Source: Bellilinea sp. (GTDB taxonomy: Bacteria; Chloroflexota; Anaerolineae; Anaerolineales; Anaerolineaceae). Taken from it: 64,000 bases of DNA. The notes below the pieces were generated by a model. That model searched no databases and had not been told where the DNA came from. It was given only the letters and a program-made list of their open reading frames with translations. Positions within the stretch are counted from its first letter, which is position 1; the number at the start of each line of letters is the position of its first letter. The stretch is taken from assembly GCA_034678305.1 (NCBI GenBank), contig JAXDCA010000066.1, positions 8,077 through 72,076 on the forward strand, in the 5' to 3' direction. Made by a program: the position numbers and the translations under genes. Shown here one piece after another: positions 28,099 to 38,421 of the stretch.

Positions 28099-29848
28099 TG
28101 CCTGCCTCCAAGATTTCCGAAATACATTTGACAAAATCCCCAACCCGCAGCGTGCAGGGCGGCAAAGGCCAACCCCGCGAGCGCATCGTCGCCGCTACTT
28201 TGGCGACGATTGGCGGTTCCAGCCCGTAAGATTCGAGTTGTTCGACCGAACTGAAGATGGTTTCGTTGTTGCCCTGCATCACATCTCTGCCCTGGTCGAG
28301 GACGGTCACGTTATCGGCTAATTCAGCCACATCCTCCATGTGATGCGACGATAAGACCAATGTGATCCCCTGCGATTGCAGCTTGCTCAGGTTAGCCAGC
28401 ACCTCACGCCGTGAGAGTGGATCGAGACCAGCGCTTGGCTCATCCAGCAGGAGTACTTGCGGGCGCATCGCCAGGGTGGACGCCAGAGTCACCTTGCGCT
28501 TTTCACCGCCGCTCAGGGTAAAGGTCAACCGGTCTTTGAATCCCTCGAAATCCAATCCAACCATGTCCATTGCCCAGCGGACGGTTTCGCGCAAATTAGC
28601 ACCGTCGCCTTTCAGCTTTGGACCGTATGCAATCTCATCGCCGACGTACTGCTCGAAAAGCTGGTATTCTGGATTTTGAAATACCAACCCGGCAAAGCGT
28701 CGCACCTCGCGCAGATCGGTTTGTTCGTTATTCAGATCGAACTTGCCCACCCGCACCTTTCCAGCTTGCGGCAGCAGCAGACCGTTCAAATGCTGCAACA
28801 AGGTCGATTTTCCCGATCCGGTGCTGCCAATCAGGCCATGGACACGCCCCGCCAACGCATTCAAAGAGGCACCTTGCAAGGCGACATGCGCCAGCGGCGT
28901 GCCGCGCAAATATTCGTGCGCGAGGTTGTGCACTTCAAGCATGAACTCGCTGGGAATAGATTTTTCATTTGGCGGTGCTATCAAATGAGCCTCGCCTGGA
29001 GCATGATTGCCCTTATATTCTGGCAGCGCATTGAGCAGATCGATGAGATGCAGCGGAAATTCCGGCACCTCAGGCAAGAGCTTGTGCAGCCTGATCGCCA
29101 GTTGCATGGGTTGAGGCAGGTTTAACCCCAATTCAGTCAGCCGGGAGGAGGGAGAAAATATTTGCGCCGGGGAGCCATCGAGCGCCAGACGTCCATGCTC
29201 GAGGACAATCACCCGGTCGGCGTTGGCAGCCTCCTGCATAAAGTGGGTTATGACAATTACAGTCAGACCTTCACGGTGCAGCCGCTGGATCAATTCTTTG
29301 ACCATGCGCCTGCCGCCAGGATCGAGCATGGCGGTGGTTTCATCGAAAACCACGCAACGCGGTCGCATCGCCAGCACGCCAGCCAGCGCTGCGCGCTGCA
29401 TTTGCCCAGCTGAGAGCAAATGCGGGGGGCGCTCTCTCTGTTCCCACATGCCTGTCACATGCAGCGCCTCATCCACGCGCTGGCGGATTTCTGCAGGCGG
29501 CAGGTTTAGATTTTCGGGGCCAAATGCGACATCTTCTTCGAGAACCGTCGCGACAAGCTGATCCTCAGGCGCCTGGAACACCATGCCGACCAGCGTGCGA
29601 ATTGCAGGGTGGTTATGGCTGTCGCGTGTGTTCAGTCCATTCACCCATACATTGCCGGTCCCTGGTCTGAGCAATGCATTGAAGTGGCGCGCCAGGGTGG
29701 TTTTACCCGAGCCGTTCGCGCCGATGATGGCAAGATATTCCCCCTCCTCTATCTGCAGGTTAATACCGCGTAAGGCTGGCACAGCCTCACCACTATGCAC
29801 CGGATGGCTGTATGATAAATTTTCAACGCGAATCAATGGCTGGGGCAT
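28091..29848 (-). CDS. ecfA: ECF ATPase, fused EcfA1-EcfA2
   Basis: GANGSGKT and GSTGSGKS Walker A; FQAPEDQ and FQNPEYQ. Confidence 0.93.
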   Translation of the reverse strand: MPQPLIRVENLSYSHPVHSGEAVPALRGINLQIEEGEYLAIIGANGSGKTTLARHFNALLRPGTGNVWVNGLNTRDSHNHPAIRTLVGMVFQAPEDQLVATVLEEDVAFGPENLNLPPAEIRQRVDEALHVTGMWEQRERPPHLLSAGQMQRAALAGVLAMRPRCVVFDETTAMLDPGGRRMVKELIQRLHREGLTVIVITHFMQEAANADRVIVLEHGRLALDGSPAQIFSPSSRLTELGLNLPQPMQLAIRLHKLLPEVPEFPLHLIDLLNALPEYKGNHAPGEAHLIAPPNEKSIPSEFMLEVHNLAHEYLRGTPLAHVALQGASLNALAGRVHGLIGSTGSGKSTLLQHLNGLLLPQAGKVRVGKFDLNNEQTDLREVRRFAGLVFQNPEYQLFEQYVGDEIAYGPKLKGDGANLRETVRWAMDMVGLDFEGFKDRLTFTLSGGEKRKVTLASTLAMRPQVLLLDEPSAGLDPLSRREVLANLSKLQSQGITLVLSSHHMEDVAELADNVTVLDQGRDVMQGNNETIFSSVEQLESYGLEPPIVAKVAATMRSRGWPLPPCTLRVGDFVKCISEILEAGSE

Positions 29849-29949
29849 TAGTGATCATTTTAACATAGCATTCGCGCACCCTCAGACTCATCTTGCGGAG
29901 ATGCTGTCTGGTTTTTCATTTCCTCATCGAATCACCATTTCGCCATCGT

Positions 29950-30305
29950 TCACATGGAGCATGATGCCTCGGCGAGGGTTTAGAAGACGTCTTCGAGAAT
30001 GATCTCGCCCGGTATGATGGAAACGCCCTGGAAACCTGCCTCATGGATGATTTTGGTCATCTCGACTTGGATAATCTCGGCGGGGGTTGAACCAAAGCGG
30101 TCGTCAGAGCCGCCCGCCACCGCCAGACATTGATCCGTGCTGACGATTGAGCGGAATGCGCCTCTGCCAGCGCCTTCTCGGACTGCTAAACTGCTGCTTT
30201 TAAGGCAGCCATAGCAGCCTGTGATCCAGTCCGGGCAGCATCAGGGTTACCTTGAGCAGCCGCAAGCGCTACTTTGAGGATTTCCGACTAATCCTCGATA
30301 TTCAC
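29950..30305 (-). pseudogene. Degraded remnant, possibly HlyD-like coiled coil plus ABC ATPase C-terminus
   Basis: Frames read VNIED*SEILKVALAAAQGNPDAAR...AAV*QSEKALAEA and EMTKIIHEAGFQGVSIIPGEIILEDVF*; stops and a frame change. Confidence 0.3.
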
Positions 30306-30487
30306 CTCGTTTTCGGGGCATACAAAACTGACACAAGCGGTATACTTAAATTGTTATAAATGATGGCCTAAATTAATTCGTGTGATCTGACGCGATTCGT
30401 GGGATTTATCTCACTATCAAAAATTAATAGTTATTCGCTACAATGTTTTTGCTTCCCGTATCCCGAAATGCACCCAGGAGGATATTT

Positions 30488-32608
30488 ATGCAGAACGGCT
30501 TGACGCCATTTTTCGCAGCGAAGGGAGTAGCCATCGTCGGCGCTTCAGCCAACCCAAACAAACTAAGTTTTGGAATCTTGCGCAACATGACCCTGTACGG
30601 ATATCAGGGATTTATTGCGCCGGTAAATCCAAAGGAAGACGAAATTTTGGGCTTGAAGTGCTATGAAGAGGTTGCTCAGGTTCCCGATTCGGTCGATTTA
30701 GCCGTGGTTGTCTTGCCTGCCCCGGCAATTCCCAAGATATTGGAGGATTGCGGTAAGCGCGGCATCCGCGCGGTGACGATCATATCGGGCGGCTTCAAAG
30801 AGGTTGGTGAAGAAGGTTCCCGTCTGGAGAAGACCATCCTCGAGATCGCCGGCCGTTACAACATGCGGTTGGTTGGCCCCAATTGCGTTGGCACGCTCGA
30901 TCTCTACACCGGCCTGAACACCACCTTCATCCAGGGCGTGCCGGATAAAGGCGGCATTGGATTTGTGTCGCAATCCGGCGCGGTCGCCGGCGGAGTCGTG
31001 GATTTCATCCGCAACAGACATGTCGGTTTTTCAAACTTCTCCAGTCTTGGCAATGAAGCCGATGTAACCGAAACGGATGTGATCGAATATCTCAGCACCG
31101 ATCCGCACACACGCGTCATTGCAGCCTATGTAGAGATGATCAGAGACGGTCAGCGCTTTATGGAAGTCGCACGGAGAGTGACGCAGCACAAGCCAATTGT
31201 GCTGCTTAAAGCTGGGCGTTCCAGCGCTGGCGCACGCGCAGTGTCGTCCCATACCGGTTCGCTGGCAGGCGCCTACACAGCATATAAAGCGGCTTTCGAG
31301 CAGGCTGGCGTGATCGAAGTGGATAATGTTTCTGAGTTGTTCGATGTTTCCATGGCATTGGATACTCAACCCCTGCCGACAGGGCCGCGCGCGGTAATCA
31401 TTACCAACGCCGGAGGTCCTGCCGCATTGGCCTCCGACGCGCTGGCAGCCAACGGTCTGGAGATGGCGGATCTTGCTCCATCCACGCAAGCCGAGCTGCG
31501 TAAAAACCTCAACCCGGCCGCGCAGGTCAACAATCCGATCGACATGCTTGGCGCCGCAGACGGTCCCGATTTCCGCATGGCGTTGAAAAACGCCCTGAGC
31601 GATCCCGGCGTGGATATGGCAATTCCCATCCTGGTGCCGCAGGCGTTGGTTAACCCGGTTGTCGTCGCCCAGGCAATCATCGACAGTTCCAAGGAAAGCA
31701 GCAAGCCGGTGGTGGCCTGCATGATGGGCGAGTGGAGCGTTGGCGAAGCCCGCAAGACGCTGCACAGCAACGGGGTGCCCTTGTACACCTTCCCAGAAAC
31801 TACCGGTCGGGTATTAGCTGCCATGCTGGGATATGCGCGCAGGATTCATCAGCCGGCTGCCGCAGCAATAGAACTGCCGGGGATAGATCGTGGACAGGTT
31901 GCCGGACTGCTTTCAGCGGCGGCCGGATCACCGAGTCTTGGCGAAGCGCTCACCCGCCCGCTGCTCTCGGCTTACGGCATTCCAGTGGTGGCCGGTGAGG
32001 CTGCCAGCAGCGCATCCGAAGCGGTCGCGGCAGCTGAAAAAATCGGCTACCCGGTGGTGATGAAGATCATATCGCCAGATATTTTGCACAAATCGGATAT
32101 CGGCGGGATCAAATTAAACCTGGATAACGCAAGCGCGGTCGAAGAAGCCTACCAGCAAATGATGCGCGGCATCGCCGCGAAAATGCCCGCAGCCAGGCTG
32201 GATGGCGTGCTTATCGAGGCTTGCGCGCCGAAAGGACAGGAGGTAATCGTCGGCATGCGCCGCGACGCCAACTTTGGCCCGCTGATGATGTTTGGCCTGG
32301 GCGGCATCTACGTCGAGCTGTTTGGCGATGTTTCTTTCCGCGTCGCGCCGCTCACCTGTGGCGATGCGCGTGAGATGATCGATAAAACCCACGCTGGAAA
32401 ACTGTTGACTGGTTTTCGCGGCGAGGCGCTTGCGGATATAAACGCGGTGGTCGACACAATTCTACGCCTGAGCCAGCTGGCGACTGACTTCCCTCAAATC
32501 GAGGAAATGGAGATCAACCCGCTGCTGGTGTTGAGTAAGGGGAAAGGTGCGCTGGCTCTGGACGGCCGCGTTATCTTAAATGATCATACCTTTGGGGAGA
32601 GAGCCTAA
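30488..32608 (+). CDS. ADP-forming acyl-CoA synthetase (alpha-beta fusion)
   Basis: GASANP, GPNCVG, SQSG, SHTGSLAG (phospho-His), NPIDM, ATP-grasp HKSDIGG, EINPL. Confidence 0.93.
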   Translation: MQNGLTPFFAAKGVAIVGASANPNKLSFGILRNMTLYGYQGFIAPVNPKEDEILGLKCYEEVAQVPDSVDLAVVVLPAPAIPKILEDCGKRGIRAVTIISGGFKEVGEEGSRLEKTILEIAGRYNMRLVGPNCVGTLDLYTGLNTTFIQGVPDKGGIGFVSQSGAVAGGVVDFIRNRHVGFSNFSSLGNEADVTETDVIEYLSTDPHTRVIAAYVEMIRDGQRFMEVARRVTQHKPIVLLKAGRSSAGARAVSSHTGSLAGAYTAYKAAFEQAGVIEVDNVSELFDVSMALDTQPLPTGPRAVIITNAGGPAALASDALAANGLEMADLAPSTQAELRKNLNPAAQVNNPIDMLGAADGPDFRMALKNALSDPGVDMAIPILVPQALVNPVVVAQAIIDSSKESSKPVVACMMGEWSVGEARKTLHSNGVPLYTFPETTGRVLAAMLGYARRIHQPAAAAIELPGIDRGQVAGLLSAAAGSPSLGEALTRPLLSAYGIPVVAGEAASSASEAVAAAEKIGYPVVMKIISPDILHKSDIGGIKLNLDNASAVEEAYQQMMRGIAAKMPAARLDGVLIEACAPKGQEVIVGMRRDANFGPLMMFGLGGIYVELFGDVSFRVAPLTCGDAREMIDKTHAGKLLTGFRGEALADINAVVDTILRLSQLATDFPQIEEMEINPLLVLSKGKGALALDGRVILNDHTFGERA

Positions 32609-34455
32609 TGAAAAGACTTTTGAGTGGCAATGAAGCCGTCGCGCTTGGCGCTTGGGAGGCCGGTGTCAAAGTCGGCTCTGCTTATCCTGGCACGCCCTCG
32701 ACGGAAATCATGGAAGCATTTGCCCAATATCCGGACGTGTATGCCGAATGGGCGCCAAACGAGAAAGTGGCGCTGGATGTGGCCATCGGCGCAGCTTACG
32801 CCGGACGCCGCGCCTTCGCAGCCATGAAGCATGTTGGCGTCAACGTGGCTGCTGATGCTCTTTTTGCCGTGGCAATGACCGGCATCGAGGGCGGATTGGT
32901 CGTGGTCTCCGGCGATGATCCATCGATGCATTCCTCGCAAAACGAGCAGGATAACCGCCAATTCGCCAAATTTGCCCGCATCCCCTGCCTGGATCCGGCT
33001 GACAGCCAGGACGCCCACGACATGGTCAAGGCAGCTTTCTTGCTGAGCGAGCAATTCGATACACCGGTGATGCTGCGCATGACCACCCGCATATGCCATA
33101 CCAGCACAGCCGTAGAAGTGGAAGCGCAGCGAGAGACCCTGCCCGAGCCTGAGAAGTATCCGCGAAACATGGCCAAATACTGCATGGTCCCGGCCAATGC
33201 GCGGAAACGCCACCCGGTCATCGAGGCGCGCATCCAGGATCTGTCTGAATATGCGGAAAGCTGTCCGTTCAACCGCATCGAGTGGCGCTCGACCAAACTG
33301 GGCATCATCACCGGCGGGATCGCCTATCAATATGCCCGCGAAGTTTTCCCCGAGGCGAGCGTACTCAAACTGGGCTTAGTGTATCCTTTGCCTCAGCGCA
33401 TGATCCTTGAATTCGCCGATAAAGTCGAGCGCGTAATTGTCCTCGAAGAACTCGACCCATTTATCGAAGATCAGATCCGGCTGATGGGCGTCAAGCTCTT
33501 CCAGCCAGCAGAGGTCATGCCCTCAGGCAGCAGATATCCGATGAGTAAATCGGTCTTCCCTATTGCTGGTGAACTGGACCCGGCGGTTGTGCGTCATAGC
33601 GGACAACAGGCGGGACTGCTGCCGCCGCTCGAATTGCGCCCGCTGCCAGCAAGCAACAGCAATCTTCCAGCGCGCCCGCCAGTTCTCTGCCCGGGCTGCC
33701 CGCACCGGTCTTCATTTTATGTATTGCACAAACTGGGCGTACCCGTCAATGGCGACATCGGCTGCTATACGCTTGGCATGGTTCCGCCGCTAAATGCGCT
33801 GCACACGGTAGGTTGCATGGGCGCGTCGATCGGAGTAGCCCACGGGGCAGCCGTCGCGGGGGATCAGGAGCGTCACGTGGCGGTCATTGGCGATTCGACC
33901 TTCTTTCACTCTGGCATCCCGGCTTTGATCAACGTACTCTACAACAAGAGCAATGTGATTACGATCATTATGGATAACCGCGTTACCGGCATGACCGGGC
34001 ATCAGGATAATCCAGGCACCGGGCGGACGCTCCAGCAGAAAGAGACCAAACAAATCGATATTGAAACGCTGGTGCGCGCGCTTGGTTTCGAGCGAGTCGC
34101 CACCGTCGAAGCCTACGATGTTGACGCTATCGAAAAACTGATGAAAGAGTGGCTGAAAACCGACGAGCCGGCGGTCTTGATCACCCGCGAGGAATGCGCG
34201 CTGCTGCCCAGCGCACGCTCGCGCTGGATACCCCTGGAGGTTATCAAAGAAAAATGCAACGGCTGCACGCTTTGTTTCCGCATCGGCTGCCCGGCTATAT
34301 TGAAGTCGGAAGAACTCGATCCGCGCATGAAGCGCCCGTTGGCTGAAATCGACCCGCTATTATGCACCGGCTGTGAAATTTGCGCGCAAATCTGCCCGCG
34401 TGACGCTATCCTATTCCGCGATCAAATCCTTGCCCGCAAAGCGGAGGTGAAATAA
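32608..34455 (+). CDS. iorA: Indolepyruvate:ferredoxin oxidoreductase alpha subunit
   Basis: YPGTPSTE, MKHVG, CPGCPH, GDIGCY, GDSTFFH; two C-terminal [4Fe-4S] motifs. Confidence 0.95.
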   Translation: MKRLLSGNEAVALGAWEAGVKVGSAYPGTPSTEIMEAFAQYPDVYAEWAPNEKVALDVAIGAAYAGRRAFAAMKHVGVNVAADALFAVAMTGIEGGLVVVSGDDPSMHSSQNEQDNRQFAKFARIPCLDPADSQDAHDMVKAAFLLSEQFDTPVMLRMTTRICHTSTAVEVEAQRETLPEPEKYPRNMAKYCMVPANARKRHPVIEARIQDLSEYAESCPFNRIEWRSTKLGIITGGIAYQYAREVFPEASVLKLGLVYPLPQRMILEFADKVERVIVLEELDPFIEDQIRLMGVKLFQPAEVMPSGSRYPMSKSVFPIAGELDPAVVRHSGQQAGLLPPLELRPLPASNSNLPARPPVLCPGCPHRSSFYVLHKLGVPVNGDIGCYTLGMVPPLNALHTVGCMGASIGVAHGAAVAGDQERHVAVIGDSTFFHSGIPALINVLYNKSNVITIIMDNRVTGMTGHQDNPGTGRTLQQKETKQIDIETLVRALGFERVATVEAYDVDAIEKLMKEWLKTDEPAVLITREECALLPSARSRWIPLEVIKEKCNGCTLCFRIGCPAILKSEELDPRMKRPLAEIDPLLCTGCEICAQICPRDAILFRDQILARKAEVK

Positions 34456-35048
34456 TGGATCACAAATCGATCAACTTTGTGCTTGTAGGTGTGGGCGGTC
34501 AGGGTACCATTCTGGCTTCCGATGTACTGGCCGAGCTTGGACTTAAGCTGGGATACGATGTCAAAAAGGCGGAGGTGCACGGCATGTCGCAGCGCGGCGG
34601 AAGCGTGATTTCGCACTTGCGCTGGGGCGAGCAAGTTTTCTCTCCGATCATCCCTAAAGGGGAGGCGGATGTGCTGGTCGCCTTCGAAAAATTGGAGTCA
34701 GTCCGTTTTCAAGATCTGCTTAAACCCGGCGGATTAATGCTGATTAACGACTACTCGATTGAGCCTGTCACGGTTAACACAGCCGGCATTCCCTACCCCG
34801 CGGATTCGTATCTGCAAGAACAAATTGCCCAGGTGACAGACCATGCTCACTGGATTAAAGGGATCGAGATCGCTGAATCGCTCGGCAACGCCCGCGCCGC
34901 GAACGTGGTCGTGCTTGGCGCGCTGTCAGCGCTGCTCGACCTCGACCCCCAAAGCTGCGATGAAGTGCTGCAAATACGCATCCCGCCCAAATACCTGGAG
35001 TTAAACCGCAAGGCTTTCCAGGCTGGCAGAGATGCAGTTAACAAATAA
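34455..35048 (+). CDS. iorB: Indolepyruvate:ferredoxin oxidoreductase beta subunit
   Basis: GVGGQG, EVHGMSQRGGSV. Confidence 0.95.
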   Translation: MDHKSINFVLVGVGGQGTILASDVLAELGLKLGYDVKKAEVHGMSQRGGSVISHLRWGEQVFSPIIPKGEADVLVAFEKLESVRFQDLLKPGGLMLINDYSIEPVTVNTAGIPYPADSYLQEQIAQVTDHAHWIKGIEIAESLGNARAANVVVLGALSALLDLDPQSCDEVLQIRIPPKYLELNRKAFQAGRDAVNK

Positions 35049-35075
35049 TCTTGGCCCCATTTATGGTATTCTTGA

Positions 35076-35105
35076 ACCGCCGGCTCTGGCCGGCGGTTGT
35101 TTGTT
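35076..35105 (+). terminator. Intrinsic terminator after iorB
   Basis: AACCGCCGGC/GCCGGCGGTT stem followed by GTTTGTT. Confidence 0.7.
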
Positions 35106-35187
35106 GAACAAAAGGATCAAATGCTATAATAGAGGGCAAGCGCAGATACAACAACAGGTTATAATACCTTATCTATCGGAATAATGT

Positions 35188-35655
35188 ATGAAACTATTCA
35201 ACATCGGGATTCTTGAGTTTATTTTAATAGCAGTCATCGCGTTAATCGTTCTGGGTCCCGATGGGATCGTCAAAACCGCGCGCTCACTCGGACGGACCAT
35301 TCGTAAAATCATCCGCTCGCCGATCTGGTCGATGATGGTCGATACGCAGCGCGAGTTGCGGGAAATGCCGACGAAATTGGTGCGTGAAGCAGGTCTGGAG
35401 GAAGACCTGGCGGAAATCCGCAAAACCACGCGAGAATTGAACAAGATCGACAGCAAAGTCGGGCAAATCAATCCTCCAACAGCATCCACCGGCTGGCCGC
35501 CAACCGCTTACAAGCCTCCCGCAAAATCAGCCCTTAATCCGGAGATAAAACCGCCGGAAGAGGCTGCCGCTGAACACGACACGCTCGAAACGAAAAACGA
35601 GGAACAGGCAGGCACTCCCCCGCCTGATGTTGAATCGGATTCTACTTCTGAGTAA
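35188..35655 (+). CDS. tatB: Tat translocase TatB-like subunit
   Basis: FNIGILE..LIVLGP; amphipathic helix; long Pro/Glu tail. Confidence 0.82.
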   Translation: MKLFNIGILEFILIAVIALIVLGPDGIVKTARSLGRTIRKIIRSPIWSMMVDTQRELREMPTKLVREAGLEEDLAEIRKTTRELNKIDSKVGQINPPTASTGWPPTAYKPPAKSALNPEIKPPEEAAAEHDTLETKNEEQAGTPPPDVESDSTSE

Positions 35656-35662
35656 CTACTTG

Positions 35663-35698
35663 AAAAAAAAAGTCTCTTAAATCAAACAAAAGAGACTT
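35663..35698. terminator. Hairpin between convergent tatB and tatA
   Basis: AAGTCTCTT/AAGAGACTT; preceding A-run gives a U-tail on the minus strand. Confidence 0.55.
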
Positions 35699-35764
35699 AC
35701 CCTGTGAACAACGATAGATTAGATATAAATATCTGGCGATGTCTATCTCAGAAGCCAGAATTAT

Positions 35765-35947
35765 CTATTTCTTTTCCTCGTCGGCTTGAGATTCTTCTTT
35801 TACATCATCTTCCTTCAAGCCTTTGCGGAAAGCCTTGATGCCGCTGCCAAGCTCGCCGGCAATTTTTGATATGCGTCCGACGCCAAAGAGTAGGATGATG
35901 ATTCCCAAAATGATGAGCAGCTCTGTAGGACCGAAGTTCCGAAACAT
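35765..35947 (-). CDS. tatA: Tat translocase TatA
   Basis: GPTEL..LLFG..LGSGIKAFRKG. Confidence 0.92.
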   Translation of the reverse strand: MFRNFGPTELLIILGIIILLFGVGRISKIAGELGSGIKAFRKGLKEDDVKEESQADEEKK

Positions 35948-36013
35948 GATTAATCTCCTCTATCTAATTTTAACACATCCTCTTGATTTTTAACAAATAG
36001 CGGTAAAAAACTG

Positions 36014-36760
36014 CTATTGCTCTGAGACCATTTCCGGTTTTAAACCGCGCGCCGCTAAAGCCGCCATCAGAATAGATAAGACATACAGGAAACTTAACGG
36101 CACCATCAATAAACCCATGTTGACCGGATCTGGCGTCGGTGTAATAAACGCCGCGAGGACCGCAATCACCACGATGGCAATCTTCCATTGTGAGATCAGG
36201 GTTTTTGCGGTCACCAACCTCAGACGCGCCAAAACATACACAACCAGGGGCGATTCAAAACTGACCCCGATCCAAAACAGCAGGCTGGTCACAAAACTGA
36301 AATAATTGGAAAGCCGCGGCGTGGTCTTAATGCCAATGAAGCTGATCAGGAAGGGCAGCGCTGCCGGCAACATAACATAATAGGCAAATAACACCCCAGC
36401 CGCAAATAAAATGGTCGCAAAGGGAATGGCCAGCAGAACGCTGCGCCGCTCTTTTTCTGTTAATCCAGGCAGAACGAAACCGAGCAGTTGCCACAGGATC
36501 ACCGGAAAAGCCAGGATGAATCCGCCGAGCAGCGCAACCCGCATAAACACGCCGACGTTCTCGGTAACCTCGATCGAAACCAGCACATCCACGCCACCAA
36601 TTGGTCGCGCCAGGATGCGAATCAGGTCTTGCCCAAAAGCCGCGCATACCCCCGTAGTGATGATCATGGCGACCAATGCCCACAATAAGCGTTTGCGCAA
36701 TTCCCCGACATGCTCCCAAAGGCTCATCTCTTTGGTCGGTGTTTCTTCAGCGTCGGGCAT
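36014..36760 (-). CDS. tatC: Tat translocase TatC
   Basis: MSLWEHVGELRKRL, FVLPGL, FESP, ITPTPDP; start uncertain (36760 or 36814). Confidence 0.93.
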   Translation of the reverse strand: MPDAEETPTKEMSLWEHVGELRKRLLWALVAMIITTGVCAAFGQDLIRILARPIGGVDVLVSIEVTENVGVFMRVALLGGFILAFPVILWQLLGFVLPGLTEKERRSVLLAIPFATILFAAGVLFAYYVMLPAALPFLISFIGIKTTPRLSNYFSFVTSLLFWIGVSFESPLVVYVLARLRLVTAKTLISQWKIAIVVIAVLAAFITPTPDPVNMGLLMVPLSFLYVLSILMAALAARGLKPEMVSEQ

Positions 36761-37050
36761 TTTTTCCGGTTTTTCCTTCTTTAAATTATTTGCATTATGG
36801 CGCGGGGAAGGCATAATGCCTAATATAATCTGTTTTAGTATAAATAACAATAGAAGATTGATGAATCGTTCGGACGTGTGGACACTAAAACATGAGATAA
36901 TATCGATGCGCCTGCCTGAAACGAGCGTCTTTCAATAATGCATCTTTGAAACCACACTTTTTGTTCCTTAGGCTTTTGTTGCACATAGATTCGTATTTCA
37001 CATAACAAATTTTAGGTTTGTTGCCATTTTTACATCGGATGGAGGCAGCC

Positions 37051-37962
37051 ATGCAAAAACAAATACAGACGGTTATAGCCGGCTGCGGTCATATTGGCAG
37101 TTCTGCTCTGCAGGCAGTTGAGTTGGCTGCCGACATGACCCTGAGCGGGATCATCGAGCTGGATTGCCGCCTGGATGAGCTCCGCAGAAAATATCCCCAA
37201 CTGCCGGTGGTTAGCGATTTCAAGTCGCTGCCTGAAAAACCTGACGTCATTATCCTTTGCCTGCCGACCCGCACAGTGCCGTCCTTGGCGCCAGCTATCT
37301 TGAGCGCCGGCATCCACAGCGTGGATTGCTTCGATATGCACGGCGAGCCTTTCACGCAATTAAAGGCAACTCTCGAGCCGGCTGCCAGGACGGGCGGCAG
37401 CGTTGCTGTGATGGGCGCCGGCGTCGATCCTGGCGCGAGCACACTTGTCCGCGCGTTGTTCGAAATCTGGGCGCCTACCGGCCTGACTTACGTCAATTAT
37501 GGTCCTGGGATGAGCATGGGGCACACGGTGGCTGCTAAATCCTATCCAGGCGTGCGCGACGCTCTCTCAATCACTCGCCCAGGTGATCCTGGTTGCCATA
37601 AACGCGATCTCTACCTCGAATTGGAGCCTGGCGCTGATTTTGACAATGTCAAGGCGCAAATCCTGACTGACCCGTATTTTTCTCACGATGATGTGCGCAT
37701 CTTCCTGGTAGAAGATGTCACTCCGCTCACCGACGCCGGTCACCGCATTCATGTTTTTAGAAAGGGCGGCTCCAGCGGGGTCGATAATCAATTATTGACT
37801 TTCGAGACTACCTTCAACAACCCGGCCTCGACCGCCCAGATCATGGTCGCAGCCGCTCGGGCAGCCACTCGCCTGCAACCAGGCGCATACTCATTGTTGG
37901 AAATCCCGCTGGCAGCATTGTTAGCTGGCGATGTTAAAACCAACTTGAGCCGCCTGGTTTAA
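37051..37962 (+). CDS. ddh: meso-Diaminopimelate D-dehydrogenase
   Basis: GxGxxG, CLPTR, VDCFDMH, GVDPG, GPGMSMGH, NPASTAQ. Confidence 0.88.
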   Translation: MQKQIQTVIAGCGHIGSSALQAVELAADMTLSGIIELDCRLDELRRKYPQLPVVSDFKSLPEKPDVIILCLPTRTVPSLAPAILSAGIHSVDCFDMHGEPFTQLKATLEPAARTGGSVAVMGAGVDPGASTLVRALFEIWAPTGLTYVNYGPGMSMGHTVAAKSYPGVRDALSITRPGDPGCHKRDLYLELEPGADFDNVKAQILTDPYFSHDDVRIFLVEDVTPLTDAGHRIHVFRKGGSSGVDNQLLTFETTFNNPASTAQIMVAAARAATRLQPGAYSLLEIPLAALLAGDVKTNLSRLV

Positions 37963-38029
37963 AGCTGTCTCTGTGGGCTGCCTCTTGAAAAATATGCGGG
38001 AAATGAGGAGCTATCCCCAAAGGATGTCT

Positions 38030-38398
38030 GATTCCCCGTTTCGCTTAAAAATGACAGGGGTGCCTTGATGTTAGGATGAGGAAAAAATACTGACATTTCG
38101 ACGAACGTAGTGATGAGAAATCTTCGTGCTAGAGTGAGAAAGATTTCTCGCTGCGCTCGAAATGACAGGGGCAACTTGAACTCTGGGATCAAGGAAAAAT
38201 ACTGCCATTTCGACGAACGCAGTGAGGAGAAATCTTCATGTCAAGATGAGATAGATTTCTCGCTGCGCTCGAAATGACGATGAAATCTCGAAATGATATA
38301 GGAAAAAAGTTAGGGTTGCACCCCAACGGATTGGGCTTGCCGGCTACCTTTCCTGATAAGGAAAGGGGCTGTCCCTTCGGTGCTTCTGGGACAGCCCC
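38030..38398. repeat. Composite repeat cassette A: degenerate arm, two palindromes (38091-38167, 38203-38278; period 112) and conserved tail
   Basis: Direct alignment with 50174-50515 and 16978-17050. Confidence 0.85.
38365..38398 (-). terminator. GC-rich hairpin, likely fhs terminator
   Basis: GGGGCTGTCCC/GGGACAGCCCC 11-bp stem with short T tail on the minus strand. Confidence 0.6.
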
Positions 38399-38421
38399 AT
38401 GAGTTGGAACTTATTTGATAT

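Noticed and set aside
29950-30305. Two in-frame TAG stops as pyrrolysine or stop-codon recoding
   Set aside because: TAG ends intact genes in this window (1071, 2547), and the region also has a TAA and a frame change. Decay is the simpler explanation.
32605-33330. Long antisense and alternate-frame ORFs (e.g. 241 aa opposite iorA)
   Set aside because: These are shadows of well-supported genes, produced by GC-rich codon bias.
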